Shown here piece by piece: positions 1 to 9,339 of a stretch of DNA of 64,000 nucleotides (positions within the stretch are counted from its first letter, which is position 1; each line of letters starts with the position of its first letter). The notes below the pieces were generated by a model. It searched no databases. It had not been told where the DNA came from and saw nothing but the letters and a program-made list of their open reading frames with translations. Where the stretch lies: positions 99,218-163,217 of the IMG/VR virus record IMGVR_UViG_3300028578_000003, one strand, 5' to 3'. A program made the position numbers and the translations under genes. This DNA is from a virus.

Positions 1-73
1 GAAGCCGAACGGCGGGTCACCGGTCTCCCGGTGCCCGCCGCCTTCACACTCCGCCCGCCGCGGTCCCGACCCG

Positions 74-1060
74 TCAGGCCGCCTGGCTCATCGTGAACAA
101 CGCCTTCATCCCATCCAGCCAGGCATCCAACGCGGCGGCCACGACCTCGTACGTCTGGGAACCCACCGACAACCGGTAATGACGGTTCCACCGCGCCTGA
201 TTCGGCGAAGGATCATCGAGATACCCGAGCCACCCGCGCCGCTCCGCCTCCACGATCCGCCGTAGCCGAGCCAGCCCCGGCATCTCCGGCAGGTCGACCG
301 GCTCCGCGTCACCCTCAGCGGACACGCACGCCGCTCCACCGGCACTCACCGACCACCGCAACCCAAACGCGGCGATCATCCGGTCGGCCAGCTCGGAACC
401 CAGGTAGTCGCCGAAACTCAGTGCCCCGACGACCGTCTTCTTCGCCTTGCCGACCACGTCGGCCAACTCCTGCGTCGACGTAGGCCACTCCGGCTTGCGT
501 GGCTTGCCGTGCATCAGGCCGAGGATCACCATCCGGCACTGGTCGTCCCGACCGGACTGCTCGAACAGGTCGCGAATCAGCGTGATCCGGTCCATGGCCC
601 CGGGCTCGTCGGACCCGCACGGGATCCAGCCGGTCACCGGCAACTCGTCATTCCCGCGGTCAGCCTCGGTGGCCTCACGCACGAACGCCCTAACGTGGTC
701 CTGGCCCAGGCCGTCGCGCGCCGCGACGTACCCCGCGCACCAATCCACGACCCGGTCGGCGGGCAGCTGCTCGACCCGGTCACCGAACCGCAGGACATGG
801 GTGCCGTCCTCGCGTACCTCGACCAGCCGCGCCGCACCCACCGTAGCCACGGCCCGAAGCCGGGCCACGACATCGGCGACATCGGCGCGCGCCAGCTCAC
901 GATGCTGGCCGGCGACCTCCACCTCGTACCGACCGCCCGTCATGGAGCCGTGGTAGTGGAGCAGCCCATCCCGCTGCGCACCCTTCAGGGCGCTGACCGG
1001 GTCGTCGGCATCTGCGGCCACGGCGACACGCTCCTCTGGCTCGGCAACCGTGAGGGTCAC
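74..1060 (-). CDS. Hypothetical protein with central HTH-like segment
   Basis: 328-aa ORF, G-rich RBS; STQELADVVGKAKKTVVGALS resembles an XRE-type HTH. Confidence 0.7.
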   Translation of the reverse strand: MTLTVAEPEERVAVAADADDPVSALKGAQRDGLLHYHGSMTGGRYEVEVAGQHRELARADVADVVARLRAVATVGAARLVEVREDGTHVLRFGDRVEQLPADRVVDWCAGYVAARDGLGQDHVRAFVREATEADRGNDELPVTGWIPCGSDEPGAMDRITLIRDLFEQSGRDDQCRMVILGLMHGKPRKPEWPTSTQELADVVGKAKKTVVGALSFGDYLGSELADRMIAAFGLRWSVSAGGAACVSAEGDAEPVDLPEMPGLARLRRIVEAERRGWLGYLDDPSPNQARWNRHYRLSVGSQTYEVVAAALDAWLDGMKALFTMSQAA

Positions 1061-1262
1061 GGTCCCCCCTGTCCATTCTCGACGAAAGCCGGCACCCTGA
1101 GCGAGGCCACGGCGGTAATCCCATGGATGCTACGCCGCACCCCCGAAAGTAATCAACGCGCTGGAGCCGACTTTCGGTCGTCCGGTGGCAGGTGAGGGCC
1201 CCCGGCGGTCCCCGGTGCACGCGTGACGCCCTCCGCTGCGCCACGTCCAGCCCTCCTGCACG

Positions 1263-2543
1263 TCACGCCGCCGTCACCCGCGCGCCGGCGTTTCGGCGGT
1301 CGAGCACCACGCCGAGCTCGTCGAGCGTCTGGGCGGCCGTGCCGTAGTCCGCGTTGACCTTCGCGACGTAGGAGGCGTACTCGTCGGGTCGGCATCGGGG
1401 GCATGGGATCCCGCCCACCTCACCGGCCATGACCTTTCCTGCGTAGCAATCCCCACACGGCGCCGACGGTCGCCTAGCCGCCGGCGGTTCTTGCCGCGGC
1501 GGCGGCGGGTCAATGCGGGGCGGTATCGCGACGGCTTCCTCCAACCGCGACTTGAGTACCGCGTAGACGGAACGTGCTCCGGTCAGCGCGTCGCGGCTGA
1601 CAAACAACACAAGTGCGCGGCGACCCCAACCGGCTGACAAAGACGCCGCTACCAGACGAGCCAACGTAATCGCTTTCTTGCCTCGTTCGCGTCGGCCCTC
1701 CCTGACATTTAATGCGTCGTAAATGTCGTCCAGGGTGTCGGGGGCGGCGGCGAGCGCGGCGGTATCAACGTCGAGCGGCGGAAGCCCCGCCGTGGCGTTG
1801 GGGGTAGGGGGAGGAATCTTATTTACCTCCTCCCCCTCCTTAAGTTCGGGTGTCACAGTGACACCCCGTGGCTCCACGGGGTGTCCACCTGACACCCCGT
1901 CCTGAGCGACGGGGTGTCTGTGTGACACCCCGTCCGAAACGGGGTGTCTGTGTGACACCCCGTCCACGGGGTGTCTGTGTGACACCCCGTCCCGAGTGAC
2001 GGGGTGTCCACCTGACACCCCTGTGGACAACCCGGGGTGAGGCTCATCGATATCCACAGGGCGGTCCTCCGCAGCCTCCAGGATCGACGCCAACTCCAGC
2101 GGCGGACGGTGTAGGTGTGCCAACTTCCGATAATCGCGCGGTAGGGAAAGGTCAGCACACTGGGCGCATTCCTCCCGGGGGGTAGGCACGATTAGCGGCA
2201 GCCGCAATAGCTCCCGCTCCTCGTTGACGCGCTTAATGTTCGGAAACCATGCGTAGGGAATCAGCAAATCCCAGACGCGTGGCTGCTGATCTGCGCGTAC
2301 GCCGAGCCGGCTGGGTAGCGTCTGGTCGCCGGGCGCGATTAGGCCGCGCCCCTCTAGGGCGCGCCATGACCGGATCACCGTGGATTCCGATGCCCCTGTG
2401 TTCGCGACCAGCGTTTTCTTCGCCAGGAACGAGCCGGTCCCCACTTCGCATGCCGGCCGTGCCATCCGGGTCAGGATCGCCCGCTCGGCCGGGTTCTTGG
2501 TCGGGGCGTCCAGGCAGGCCCACTGCACACCGGAGTCGCTCAT
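1263..2543 (-). CDS. Putative replication initiator (N-terminal winged HTH, actinophage/plasmid RepA-like)
   Basis: N-terminus ERAILTRMA...SFLAKKTLVANTGASESTVIRSWRALEGRGLI...PRVWDL; internal GVSHRHPV repeats; C-terminal CxxC...CxxC. Confidence 0.8.
   Translation of the reverse strand: MSDSGVQWACLDAPTKNPAERAILTRMARPACEVGTGSFLAKKTLVANTGASESTVIRSWRALEGRGLIAPGDQTLPSRLGVRADQQPRVWDLLIPYAWFPNIKRVNEERELLRLPLIVPTPREECAQCADLSLPRDYRKLAHLHRPPLELASILEAAEDRPVDIDEPHPGLSTGVSGGHPVTRDGVSHRHPVDGVSHRHPVSDGVSHRHPVAQDGVSGGHPVEPRGVTVTPELKEGEEVNKIPPPTPNATAGLPPLDVDTAALAAAPDTLDDIYDALNVREGRRERGKKAITLARLVAASLSAGWGRRALVLFVSRDALTGARSVYAVLKSRLEEAVAIPPRIDPPPPRQEPPAARRPSAPCGDCYAGKVMAGEVGGIPCPRCRPDEYASYVAKVNADYGTAAQTLDELGVVLDRRNAGARVTAA
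1847..2023. repeat. Six tandem palindromes ACGGGGTGTC-N5-GACACCCCGT (putative iterons) inside rep
   Basis: Units at 1847-1869 (degenerate), 1876-1900, 1909-1933, 1939-1963, 1966-1990, 1999-2023 (degenerate end). Confidence 0.9.
2022..2058. promoter_or_regulatory. Two DnaA-box-like sites
   Basis: TTGTCCACA on minus strand at 2022-2030 (actinobacterial consensus); ATATCCACA at 2050-2058 (1 mismatch to TTATCCACA). Confidence 0.65.
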
Positions 2544-2680
2544 ACTGGCGCCTCCATGCCGGGCAGGAAGGGGGTCCGCTCCGCGGGCCAGTGGAAGCGG
2601 CCATCAGGCAGGCGGGCCGCTCCTGGTGGATCCGGCCAGTCGGACCGTGTCCGGCTGGGTGAGTATGTGGGGGCGCTCAT
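2540..2680 (-). CDS. Small 46-aa protein translationally coupled to rep
   Basis: AAGGAG RBS before ATG at 2680; stop overlaps rep start. Confidence 0.55.
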   Translation of the reverse strand: MSAPTYSPSRTRSDWPDPPGAARLPDGRFHWPAERTPFLPGMEAPV

Positions 2681-3254
2681 CGGTGCTCCTTGGGTACTTC
2701 CCCGAGACACACGGCGCAGGGCTGCATGGTCCGGGGGGAAATTGTCGGCCCCCCCGGGTATCATTGCCCTCGCCTCTGCACCCGAGGCACACAACTGGAT
2801 AGCTGGATCGAGGTCCGTTGCTCGCACTGCGGGGTCAGCAGCTCCCACTGCTTTCCCGGCCGGCCTCACCTCCGCTGCTGTTCGTGGGTTGTGTGTGACC
2901 TTCAGACGGTTTGTTACGGCGCTTGACATACGCGCCAACCTCGGGGACACATAGCTGGGCTCCGCCTCTGGCGGGGCCCAGCTTGGTTTTCTGGGTCCGA
3001 TCCTGGATGGTAGTCCCGACACAGCCGGCAATGTGGTGCACGCCACGCGCGTCGATGTGAAACCGCCCAAGATCGGACTCTAAAGACAGCGCGGGGCCAG
3101 CGCCCGTCGCGGCGCTGACCCAGCTACTGTTCATATTCAAGATCACCGGTGGCGTGACCCCCTACGCCGGTCGATGTGGCTGCGGTACCGTCGATCGCGG
3201 ATGCCCCTCGCGTGGCGGTGCGCCGGGATGCCGGCGTATGAGGGGCATCCGGAC

Positions 3255-4106
3255 TCACGCCGCCTTCGTGCGCCGCTTGCGGGTCCTGGCGCCCTTCGGT
3301 CGACCGGTCTGCTTGATGGCGGAGAACTCGTACCACTCGTCGAGGCGCTCGTTGCCGTTGCCGTCCTCGATGGCGTCCGACACCCACCACACGTCGGACT
3401 GGCCGGCGCGGTCCCGGCGGGGCGGCATGGCCTTGAGGATGCCCTTCTTCGCGCGGGTGAGTAGGAGCTCCACGGCCTGCTCGGTGTTGAGGTCGAAGTC
3501 GGGGTCCTTCGCCTTCATCTTCATGATGAAGGCGAAGGCCTGCTCCGCCCGGTACCTGTCGTTGCCCGCGAGGAAGCGGCGCCACCCGTCGGACCTGACC
3601 TTGCGGTCCTTGGTCGTGATGTAGGCGCGCAGGGTGACGCGGGCGTAGCCCCGCATGTCGATCAGCCGCTTGTCCGCCAGGTAGCGGGCCTTGCGCTGCT
3701 CCCGGGTCTCGACCCGGATCGGGTCGTACACCCACCACCAGCCGAGGCTGGACATGTCCGGGTCGAACTCTTCTTTGTTCTCGTCGACGGGTACGGCGAA
3801 TCCCCACGCCCGGGCCTCGTCGATGTCGCGTGGGTGGCGCAGCGCGTCGCGGATCCGGTACAGCCAGAACGAGGGCTGTTCCGTCATGCCGGCGAGGCTC
3901 AACGCCTGCTTGGCCCTGCCGATGAGCTGGTCGAGCTCGTCGTCGGTGGTGTGCCGGGTGATGCCCAGGTCGCTGGCGCGCAGGGTGTCCTCGTGCGAGA
4001 GGAAGTAGTCGTCGAGCCGTTCGGTGGGGACGAGCAGCCGCATCGGCCGGGTCTCCACGTCGGCGACGGCCGCATCGTGCGGTCCGGGGGTTGCTGTGCC
4101 CAGCAT
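3255..4106 (-). CDS. Hypothetical protein (basic C-terminus)
   Basis: GGAGG RBS before ATG 4106; high GC3. Confidence 0.75.
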   Translation of the reverse strand: MLGTATPGPHDAAVADVETRPMRLLVPTERLDDYFLSHEDTLRASDLGITRHTTDDELDQLIGRAKQALSLAGMTEQPSFWLYRIRDALRHPRDIDEARAWGFAVPVDENKEEFDPDMSSLGWWWVYDPIRVETREQRKARYLADKRLIDMRGYARVTLRAYITTKDRKVRSDGWRRFLAGNDRYRAEQAFAFIMKMKAKDPDFDLNTEQAVELLLTRAKKGILKAMPPRRDRAGQSDVWWVSDAIEDGNGNERLDEWYEFSAIKQTGRPKGARTRKRRTKAA

Positions 4107-4230
4107 CGCCGGCACCTCCAGGTGTGGGTCAAGGGGGTGGCGCCCCCGGGTGATCTCGGGGGTTACCGTAACCCTACGCCGCACCCTGGAAAAGGTGCAA
4201 CACGGTGAAGTGTATTTTCGGTCTGGTCGG

Positions 4231-4611
4231 CTACCGGGCGGCGAGGACCCCAGCGGTGCCGTCGTCGGCGGCCTCGGCCACGGTCAGGACCAGGCCGGCC
4301 GGGGCGGACTGCTCCAGCTCGACGCGCCACACCGGTCTCTCATCGTAGTCGGGTAGCAGGTCGCGTAGCCCGGCCGGCGTGGAGTCGGCCGACGCGACCT
4401 GGATGACCTGGGCGTTCCACTTACCGCTGCGGCCGCCGGGCAGGTACAGCCGGCCGGTGCCCTTGCTGGCGGTCAGGCTGCGGCATCCGTGGCTGTCGTC
4501 GACCCCGACGGCCCAGCCGTTGTTGACGAGCACGGGCATGAGGTCGCGCAGCAGGGTTTCGGCGGCGATCCGCCGGAGCAGGACCTCGGTGTGGCTGGTC
4601 GTGTCGGTCAT
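4231..4611 (-). CDS. Hypothetical protein
   Basis: 126-aa ORF coupled to upstream gene. Confidence 0.7.
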   Translation of the reverse strand: MTDTTSHTEVLLRRIAAETLLRDLMPVLVNNGWAVGVDDSHGCRSLTASKGTGRLYLPGGRSGKWNAQVIQVASADSTPAGLRDLLPDYDERPVWRVELEQSAPAGLVLTVAEAADDGTAGVLAAR

Positions 4612-4814
4612 CAGGTGAGGGCGGCGTGGCGGGCGGGCCCGCGGTGGGCGGCGACAGCCGTGTTATCGGGGAGCAGTTCTCCGCCGTCGCCGAAGGAGAT
4701 GACGCCGTTGCAGAGCAAGCTCCAGCCTTGCGTCGGGAAGCAGGCGATGGTGCGGGCGGCGTCGCGGTCGGGGGCGTCGGCGGAGGGGCAGGACGGTTGG
4801 TGTGGACACAACAT
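4611..4814 (-). CDS. DUF5999-family protein
   Basis: CPHQPSCPSADAPDRDAAR...QGWSLLCNGVISFGDGGELLPD matches the family pattern; GAGGAG RBS. Confidence 0.85.
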   Translation of the reverse strand: MLCPHQPSCPSADAPDRDAARTIACFPTQGWSLLCNGVISFGDGGELLPDNTAVAAHRGPARHAALT

Positions 4815-4945
4815 CGGGGGGGCTCCTCGGTAACGCGGCGGGCCGGTTCGGCTACGGTCCGCGCTGTTCCCCTGAAGCTACTCCGCGTCCGGCAATTGCA
4901 CTACACGGTGACGTGAACTTTCTTCGATGCGGGTTCGGACACACC

Positions 4946-4978
4946 GATGCCCCGCCAAAAGTCGACTGGCGGGGCATC
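4946..4978. terminator. 12-bp stem hairpin
   Basis: GATGCCCCGCCA / TGGCGGGGCATC. Confidence 0.5.
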
Positions 4979-5095
4979 CGGGCCGCGCCGGGTTCGAGCT
5001 CGGTCAGGGCCGGCCGGCAGTGTCCGGTCCCCGGTCTTGGCTGGACGCTCACGTCGGGTCACGGACAGTGACCTTCGGGATGGCGGCGGCTAGAA

Positions 5096-5135
5096 TTCTA
5101 AGATCAACTTCTAAGATCAACTTCTAAAGATCAAC
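5096..5135. repeat. Three tandem AT-rich 13-mers TTCTAAGATCAAC
   Basis: 5096-5108 and 5109-5121 exact; 5122-5135 has one extra A. Confidence 0.9.
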
Positions 5136-5590
5136 TAGTGTTTCCTGGCGCCAGTACGCAACACGATCACACCGCGGCCCCGCGCGGTCAGCATCGCACC
5201 GCCCGCGACCCGCCGCGCGTCCCGGCCACAGGTCGGACAGATCCACCAGGCGACCGGCAGCGCGATCGAGCAATCGGCCCCCTGACACCACACCGGCTCG
5301 ACGCCGGCCAGCTCGCGGAGCTTCGCCCACATCCGCTCCTCATCGAGCCGGGTGGGCGCGTACCTGGCGGCCAACTCCGCCCAGGCCGACTCCAGCTCAC
5401 GCTGGCCGTCCGCGCCGCCGTACCGGCGGTCCTCGCGGCGCCGCCCATTGCGGACCAGGCGGATCCAGCCACGCGGGTGGTCCTTCGGCGCGGCCGGATC
5501 ACGCCAGTGCTGCACCGTGATGACCACCGTGCCGTCCGTCGACAGGCAATGCAGCTGTGCGTGCAGCCGGGCGCCAGACGGGACCGTCAT
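5135..5590 (-). CDS. Hypothetical protein with C-terminal zinc ribbon
   Basis: CQGADC...CPTC; start chosen at ATG 5590. Confidence 0.6.
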   Translation of the reverse strand: MTVPSGARLHAQLHCLSTDGTVVITVQHWRDPAAPKDHPRGWIRLVRNGRRREDRRYGGADGQRELESAWAELAARYAPTRLDEERMWAKLRELAGVEPVWCQGADCSIALPVAWWICPTCGRDARRVAGGAMLTARGRGVIVLRTGARKH

Positions 5591-5706
5591 GCGAGGCACA
5601 CTACACCACCACCTGAAAAATATGCGCCACCGCGTTGTGACCTTTCCTGTCGCCGGGGTACCTTCGCCGGGAGTCAACTGATCCCCCAAGCCAGGAGGCA
5701 ACCTTC

Positions 5707-6531
5707 ATGGCCCAGGCCGCCACCCTCTCCGCACCACCCGTACCACCACCCACCCGCTATGGCAGCTCGTTCAGCGCGATCTACGAGGTCGTGACCTCGC
5801 TGCCCCACGACCAGGTCTGCGCCCTGAACGACGCGTACCACACGGCCCACCACCGCGACGACTACGCCGCCTACGGCGCGGCGCTCGACCGGCTCGACGT
5901 CGTCCTGGGCCTGCTCGGCGTCCAGGAGCGCGACGACGACCTCGCCCAGGACGTCGCTTTCGCCATGCTGGCCCGCGACCGCGGCCTCATCAACGAGGCC
6001 GACTTCACCACCATCACCACCGCGTGGGTCGCTGCCGGCCTGCCGCTGCCGGCCACCTCCACCGGCGACGTCGACGACGACGTCCCCGTCACCAAGATGA
6101 CCACCGACCGGATCTGCGACGAACTGGCCCACACGGCGGTCGACACCCCCAACGCCGGCGCGGTGCTCGCCCTGACCGGCTACAACTACGGCGAGCTGCT
6201 CAGCTACGACATCGTGCGCGAGTTCATCGTCAAGGACGGCGCTGGGCTGCAGGTCCGGTGGAGCGACCTCGACTACGCGCTCAACGAGGAGGGCGGGTTC
6301 CCGGCCGAGGGCGTGTTGTCCGGCGAGGCGCTCGGCTTCCTGGCCTTCGCCGTCTCGATGGCCACGGTCGCCGGCGCCGCGATGCCCGGCAGCCAGAACG
6401 CCGAGGTCATGACGCTCGCCGTCTCCTACGCGCTCAACACCCATCGCATGATCGACACCCGCTGGGACAACGACTCAACCCCCGAAGCGGCGGCGTCCCC
6501 CACGCCGCCGGCGAGCGACCCCGGCGAGTAA
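5707..6531 (+). CDS. Hypothetical acidic protein
   Basis: AGGAGG RBS, high GC3, own promoter. Confidence 0.8.
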   Translation: MAQAATLSAPPVPPPTRYGSSFSAIYEVVTSLPHDQVCALNDAYHTAHHRDDYAAYGAALDRLDVVLGLLGVQERDDDLAQDVAFAMLARDRGLINEADFTTITTAWVAAGLPLPATSTGDVDDDVPVTKMTTDRICDELAHTAVDTPNAGAVLALTGYNYGELLSYDIVREFIVKDGAGLQVRWSDLDYALNEEGGFPAEGVLSGEALGFLAFAVSMATVAGAAMPGSQNAEVMTLAVSYALNTHRMIDTRWDNDSTPEAAASPTPPASDPGE

Positions 6532-6547
6532 GGCCAGGGCCGCTCAG

Positions 6548-6589
6548 CGGAGCCCCCGACGCCCCCACCCCCAGGGCCCGGGGGCTCCG
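6548..6589. terminator. Hairpin between convergent genes
   Basis: CGGAGCCCCCG / CGGGGGCTCCG. Confidence 0.55.
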
Positions 6590-6604
6590 TCATGTCCGGG
6601 GGCC

Positions 6605-7222
6605 TCAGCCACGGATCCGGTTGAACTGCTCACGGAGCTCGCGGGCGCCTTCCAGCGCGACCCGGGCGTCGGAGTACTCCGGCAGACGGGCGAGCACCTC
6701 AGCCGGCAGCAAACCCAGGGCGTACGCCACGGCGCTGGCCAACGCCCTGGACGGACGGCCGCTCAAATGCATCCCCGCCGCGTCGATCGCCTCCGCGAGC
6801 GCTTCCGGCCGCGCGGCGACGGCCAGCAGTTCCTCGCGGTGGTCGACGAGGAGCTCCGCGGCCTCGAAGACGGCCGCGTGGGTCCGTTCCAGCCAGCGCG
6901 TCATCGTCGGCGCGGGTGGCGCGGCCGGCACCTCGAGCTCGGCCGCGACCTCTTCGCGCGCGGCCGCACGCGCCTTGGCCAGATCGGTGCGCCGGCCGGG
7001 TCTGAGCGGGCCCGGGCGGAACGCGTCGATCGTCGACGCGCGCCATCGTGGTCGGCGGCGGAACCTGCTTTCTCCCAGGTCACCGGGGTCGTCCGGCTCC
7101 GGCGCCTGCTGCCGGCTGCGGTACGACCGCCACGTCGACTCGCCGATATTGAGCCGAGCGGCGACCTGGGCCGTGCCCAGCAGCGGGTCATCTTCAGGGC
7201 CATCTGGGCTGCTTGAGCTCAC
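6605..7222 (-). CDS. AlpA/excisionase-like HTH DNA-binding protein
   Basis: LLGTAQVAARLNIGESTWRSY...APEPD...PRWRASTIDAF. Confidence 0.75.
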   Translation of the reverse strand: MSSSSPDGPEDDPLLGTAQVAARLNIGESTWRSYRSRQQAPEPDDPGDLGESRFRRRPRWRASTIDAFRPGPLRPGRRTDLAKARAAAREEVAAELEVPAAPPAPTMTRWLERTHAAVFEAAELLVDHREELLAVAARPEALAEAIDAAGMHLSGRPSRALASAVAYALGLLPAEVLARLPEYSDARVALEGARELREQFNRIRG

Positions 7223-7501
7223 CCGCCAACCTTACAACGCTGCGTTGTGGGGTGGCGGCGTCCCGCGGACGCGACGGTGCCCCCGACGCGCGCCGTGTTT
7301 GCGGGTTCCCAGCGCGCGTCGGGGGCACCGCGATTCAACGACACCCGGCGACAGTCGGACACCGTGTGTCGCCGACCCGACACGTTGAGCGTCTGCGCGC
7401 AGGAAATGATGCGTCACCGTGTATTGCATTTACTGTGTGGCGGAGTAGTGTGACGGGTGTTCAACCGAGTAGGTCAGCCTCCCCGACCAAGGCGGTGCAC
7501 C

Positions 7502-7843
7502 TTGACGACCGACCAGCCACTGACCCCCATCGCCACCCGCTACACCGTGTGTGCGCTGCCGATCGACCACAAGAACGCCCGCTACGTCAAGGTCTTCATC
7601 GACCGGCGGCCGGGCGACCAGTGGGTCGTCACCGACGGCGCCATCCCCGCCCAGTTCGCGGACGCCGCCGGGAAGTGGGCGTACCGCGACTCCGACGCGA
7701 CGGACTACGACACCTGGCAGGACCTGTTCCACCACGACTTCGAGACCGCCACCCGGCTCGCGCAGGACGCCGCTCAGGCCGCCCTCCGGGAGATGGGCGA
7801 GCGCTACGGAATCCAGCCAGACCAACCCGCCCTGGGGGACTGA
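7502..7843 (+). CDS. Hypothetical protein
   Basis: TTG start after AAGGCGG, high GC3. Confidence 0.7.
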   Translation: MTTDQPLTPIATRYTVCALPIDHKNARYVKVFIDRRPGDQWVVTDGAIPAQFADAAGKWAYRDSDATDYDTWQDLFHHDFETATRLAQDAAQAALREMGERYGIQPDQPALGD

Positions 7844-7848
7844 CGATC

Positions 7849-9048
7849 ATGAACGACGCCTACATCCAGACCAAAGGCGGCTTCTACCGCTGCGACGAGT
7901 GCAAGGCCGTGAAAGGCCCGCTCAACGCGCCCCCGCCCGGCTGCATCCACTGCCACTTCAACCGGCGGACCGGCGCCACGTTTACGCAGATCGAGGTTGC
8001 CTTCCCCAACGCCCCCAGCGCCGAGGCGATCGAGCAGGACACCCGCGAAATCGAGGTCGCGATCCGGGACGCGTACTACGCCGCCGCCAACGCCCACCCC
8101 TCCGGGTACGTGCCGTTGGCCACGATCCGCGCCCTGCTGTCGAACGTCGACGGCCGGGAGGCGGTCGACGCCGCCCTGACCAAGCTTGCCTCACACTCCG
8201 ACGTCTACTACTACCCGGCCGGCCACCTGGCCACGACCCGGACCAACCAGGAAGCCGCCCTCGCGATCGGCGGCACCTGGGACCACTTCATCATGATCGA
8301 CCCGCACGGCCGGGACCTGGGCGTCGCGTTCCAGGCGCTCCACATGAGCAGCCGGACCCGGGCGCTGTCGATCCTCGCGCCGCTCGGCCCCGACCAGATC
8401 AACCACCTCGCGACCAAGATGGGTGTCGCAGACGCGATCGGCGAGGACCTCGACGTCATCCGCGAACGCATCGCCGACCAGGCCGAGACCAACCGGCAGG
8501 AGTGGCTGTCCGACGCCCGGCAGGGCGCGGCGGACGGAACGCTGCTCTACCGCGCCGACAAAGAGCCCGACTGGGTGGCCAGCTGGAGCCCCGCCGAGAA
8601 GGTCGCCGCGAGCGAGGCGGCCGCCCGCCTGCTCGTCCGGGCCGACCGGGAGCAGTGCTGGGCGTTCGTCCGGGACCGTGCCATGAGGTGGCTGTTCCCC
8701 GAGCGCGAGTTGCTGTGGGTCGACGGCGGCCCGGGCGCCGACTTCACCACCGCCGCCACGCGTCGGCGCACCGACGTCGGGGACGGTGACGCCGCCGCGG
8801 GGGACCGGTACGCCGTCTACACCAAGCGCCACATCAACCGGACGGGCGCCGGGACGTGGATGCTGCGCTCCAGTGGCCCCTCCACGACCGTGGCCGAGGA
8901 GTGGCCCAGCTACCAGCACGAGCCCCGGCCCGTCGCGGCGCACATGAGCGCGTGGCTCGACTACCAGGTCGCGGCTTTGCTGGGCGACGCCGGCATGCTC
9001 CGGGCCCGCCGCAACGACTCCCCCCGGGTCACAGCCACGGGTGACTGA
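7849..9048 (+). CDS. Hypothetical protein with N-terminal CxxC..CxxC
   Basis: ATG 7849 within the 7213-9048 ORF; high GC3. Confidence 0.75.
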   Translation: MNDAYIQTKGGFYRCDECKAVKGPLNAPPPGCIHCHFNRRTGATFTQIEVAFPNAPSAEAIEQDTREIEVAIRDAYYAAANAHPSGYVPLATIRALLSNVDGREAVDAALTKLASHSDVYYYPAGHLATTRTNQEAALAIGGTWDHFIMIDPHGRDLGVAFQALHMSSRTRALSILAPLGPDQINHLATKMGVADAIGEDLDVIRERIADQAETNRQEWLSDARQGAADGTLLYRADKEPDWVASWSPAEKVAASEAAARLLVRADREQCWAFVRDRAMRWLFPERELLWVDGGPGADFTTAATRRRTDVGDGDAAAGDRYAVYTKRHINRTGAGTWMLRSSGPSTTVAEEWPSYQHEPRPVAAHMSAWLDYQVAALLGDAGMLRARRNDSPRVTATGD

Positions 9049-9124
9049 CTCCCCCGTCCACGAACGGCCCGTCCCCTGGCGTGGTGGGGGGACGGGCCGG
9101 TCGTCATCTGCACACCGGGGTCCG

Positions 9125-9174
9125 GGAAATCTACGTCACGGTGACTTGCATTTCCCCGTAGTTGGGGTAACGTG
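9125..9174 (+). promoter_or_regulatory. Promoter, copy 1 of 50-bp direct repeat
   Basis: GTCACGGTGAC-TTGCAT...TAACGT; 47/50 identical to 10072-10121. Confidence 0.8.
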
Positions 9175-9208
9175 GCCGACACAAGGCAGCGAGCAAGGGA
9201 GAACCGGG

Positions 9209-9316
9209 ATGGACGTCACCGCCACCGCCAACGAGATCCGCGCCGCCGCCCGCCGCGCCACCCGCAGCGCGCTGGCCGACGCCACCCTGCCGATCGTCTA
9301 CACCGCCACCCGCTGA
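9209..9316 (+). CDS. Small 35-aa hypothetical protein
   Basis: AAGGGAG RBS, downstream of promoter. Confidence 0.5.
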   Translation: MDVTATANEIRAAARRATRSALADATLPIVYTATR

Positions 9317-9339
9317 CCCGACCACCCAGGAGGCGAAAG

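Noticed and set aside
1847-2023. CRISPR-like array of palindromic repeats
   Set aside because: Spacers only 2-8 bp, in frame inside rep, no cas genes; iterons fit better
4986-5002. GGTTCGAG T-loop-like motif suggesting a tRNA/att site
   Set aside because: Loop geometry is wrong and no D or anticodon arm forms
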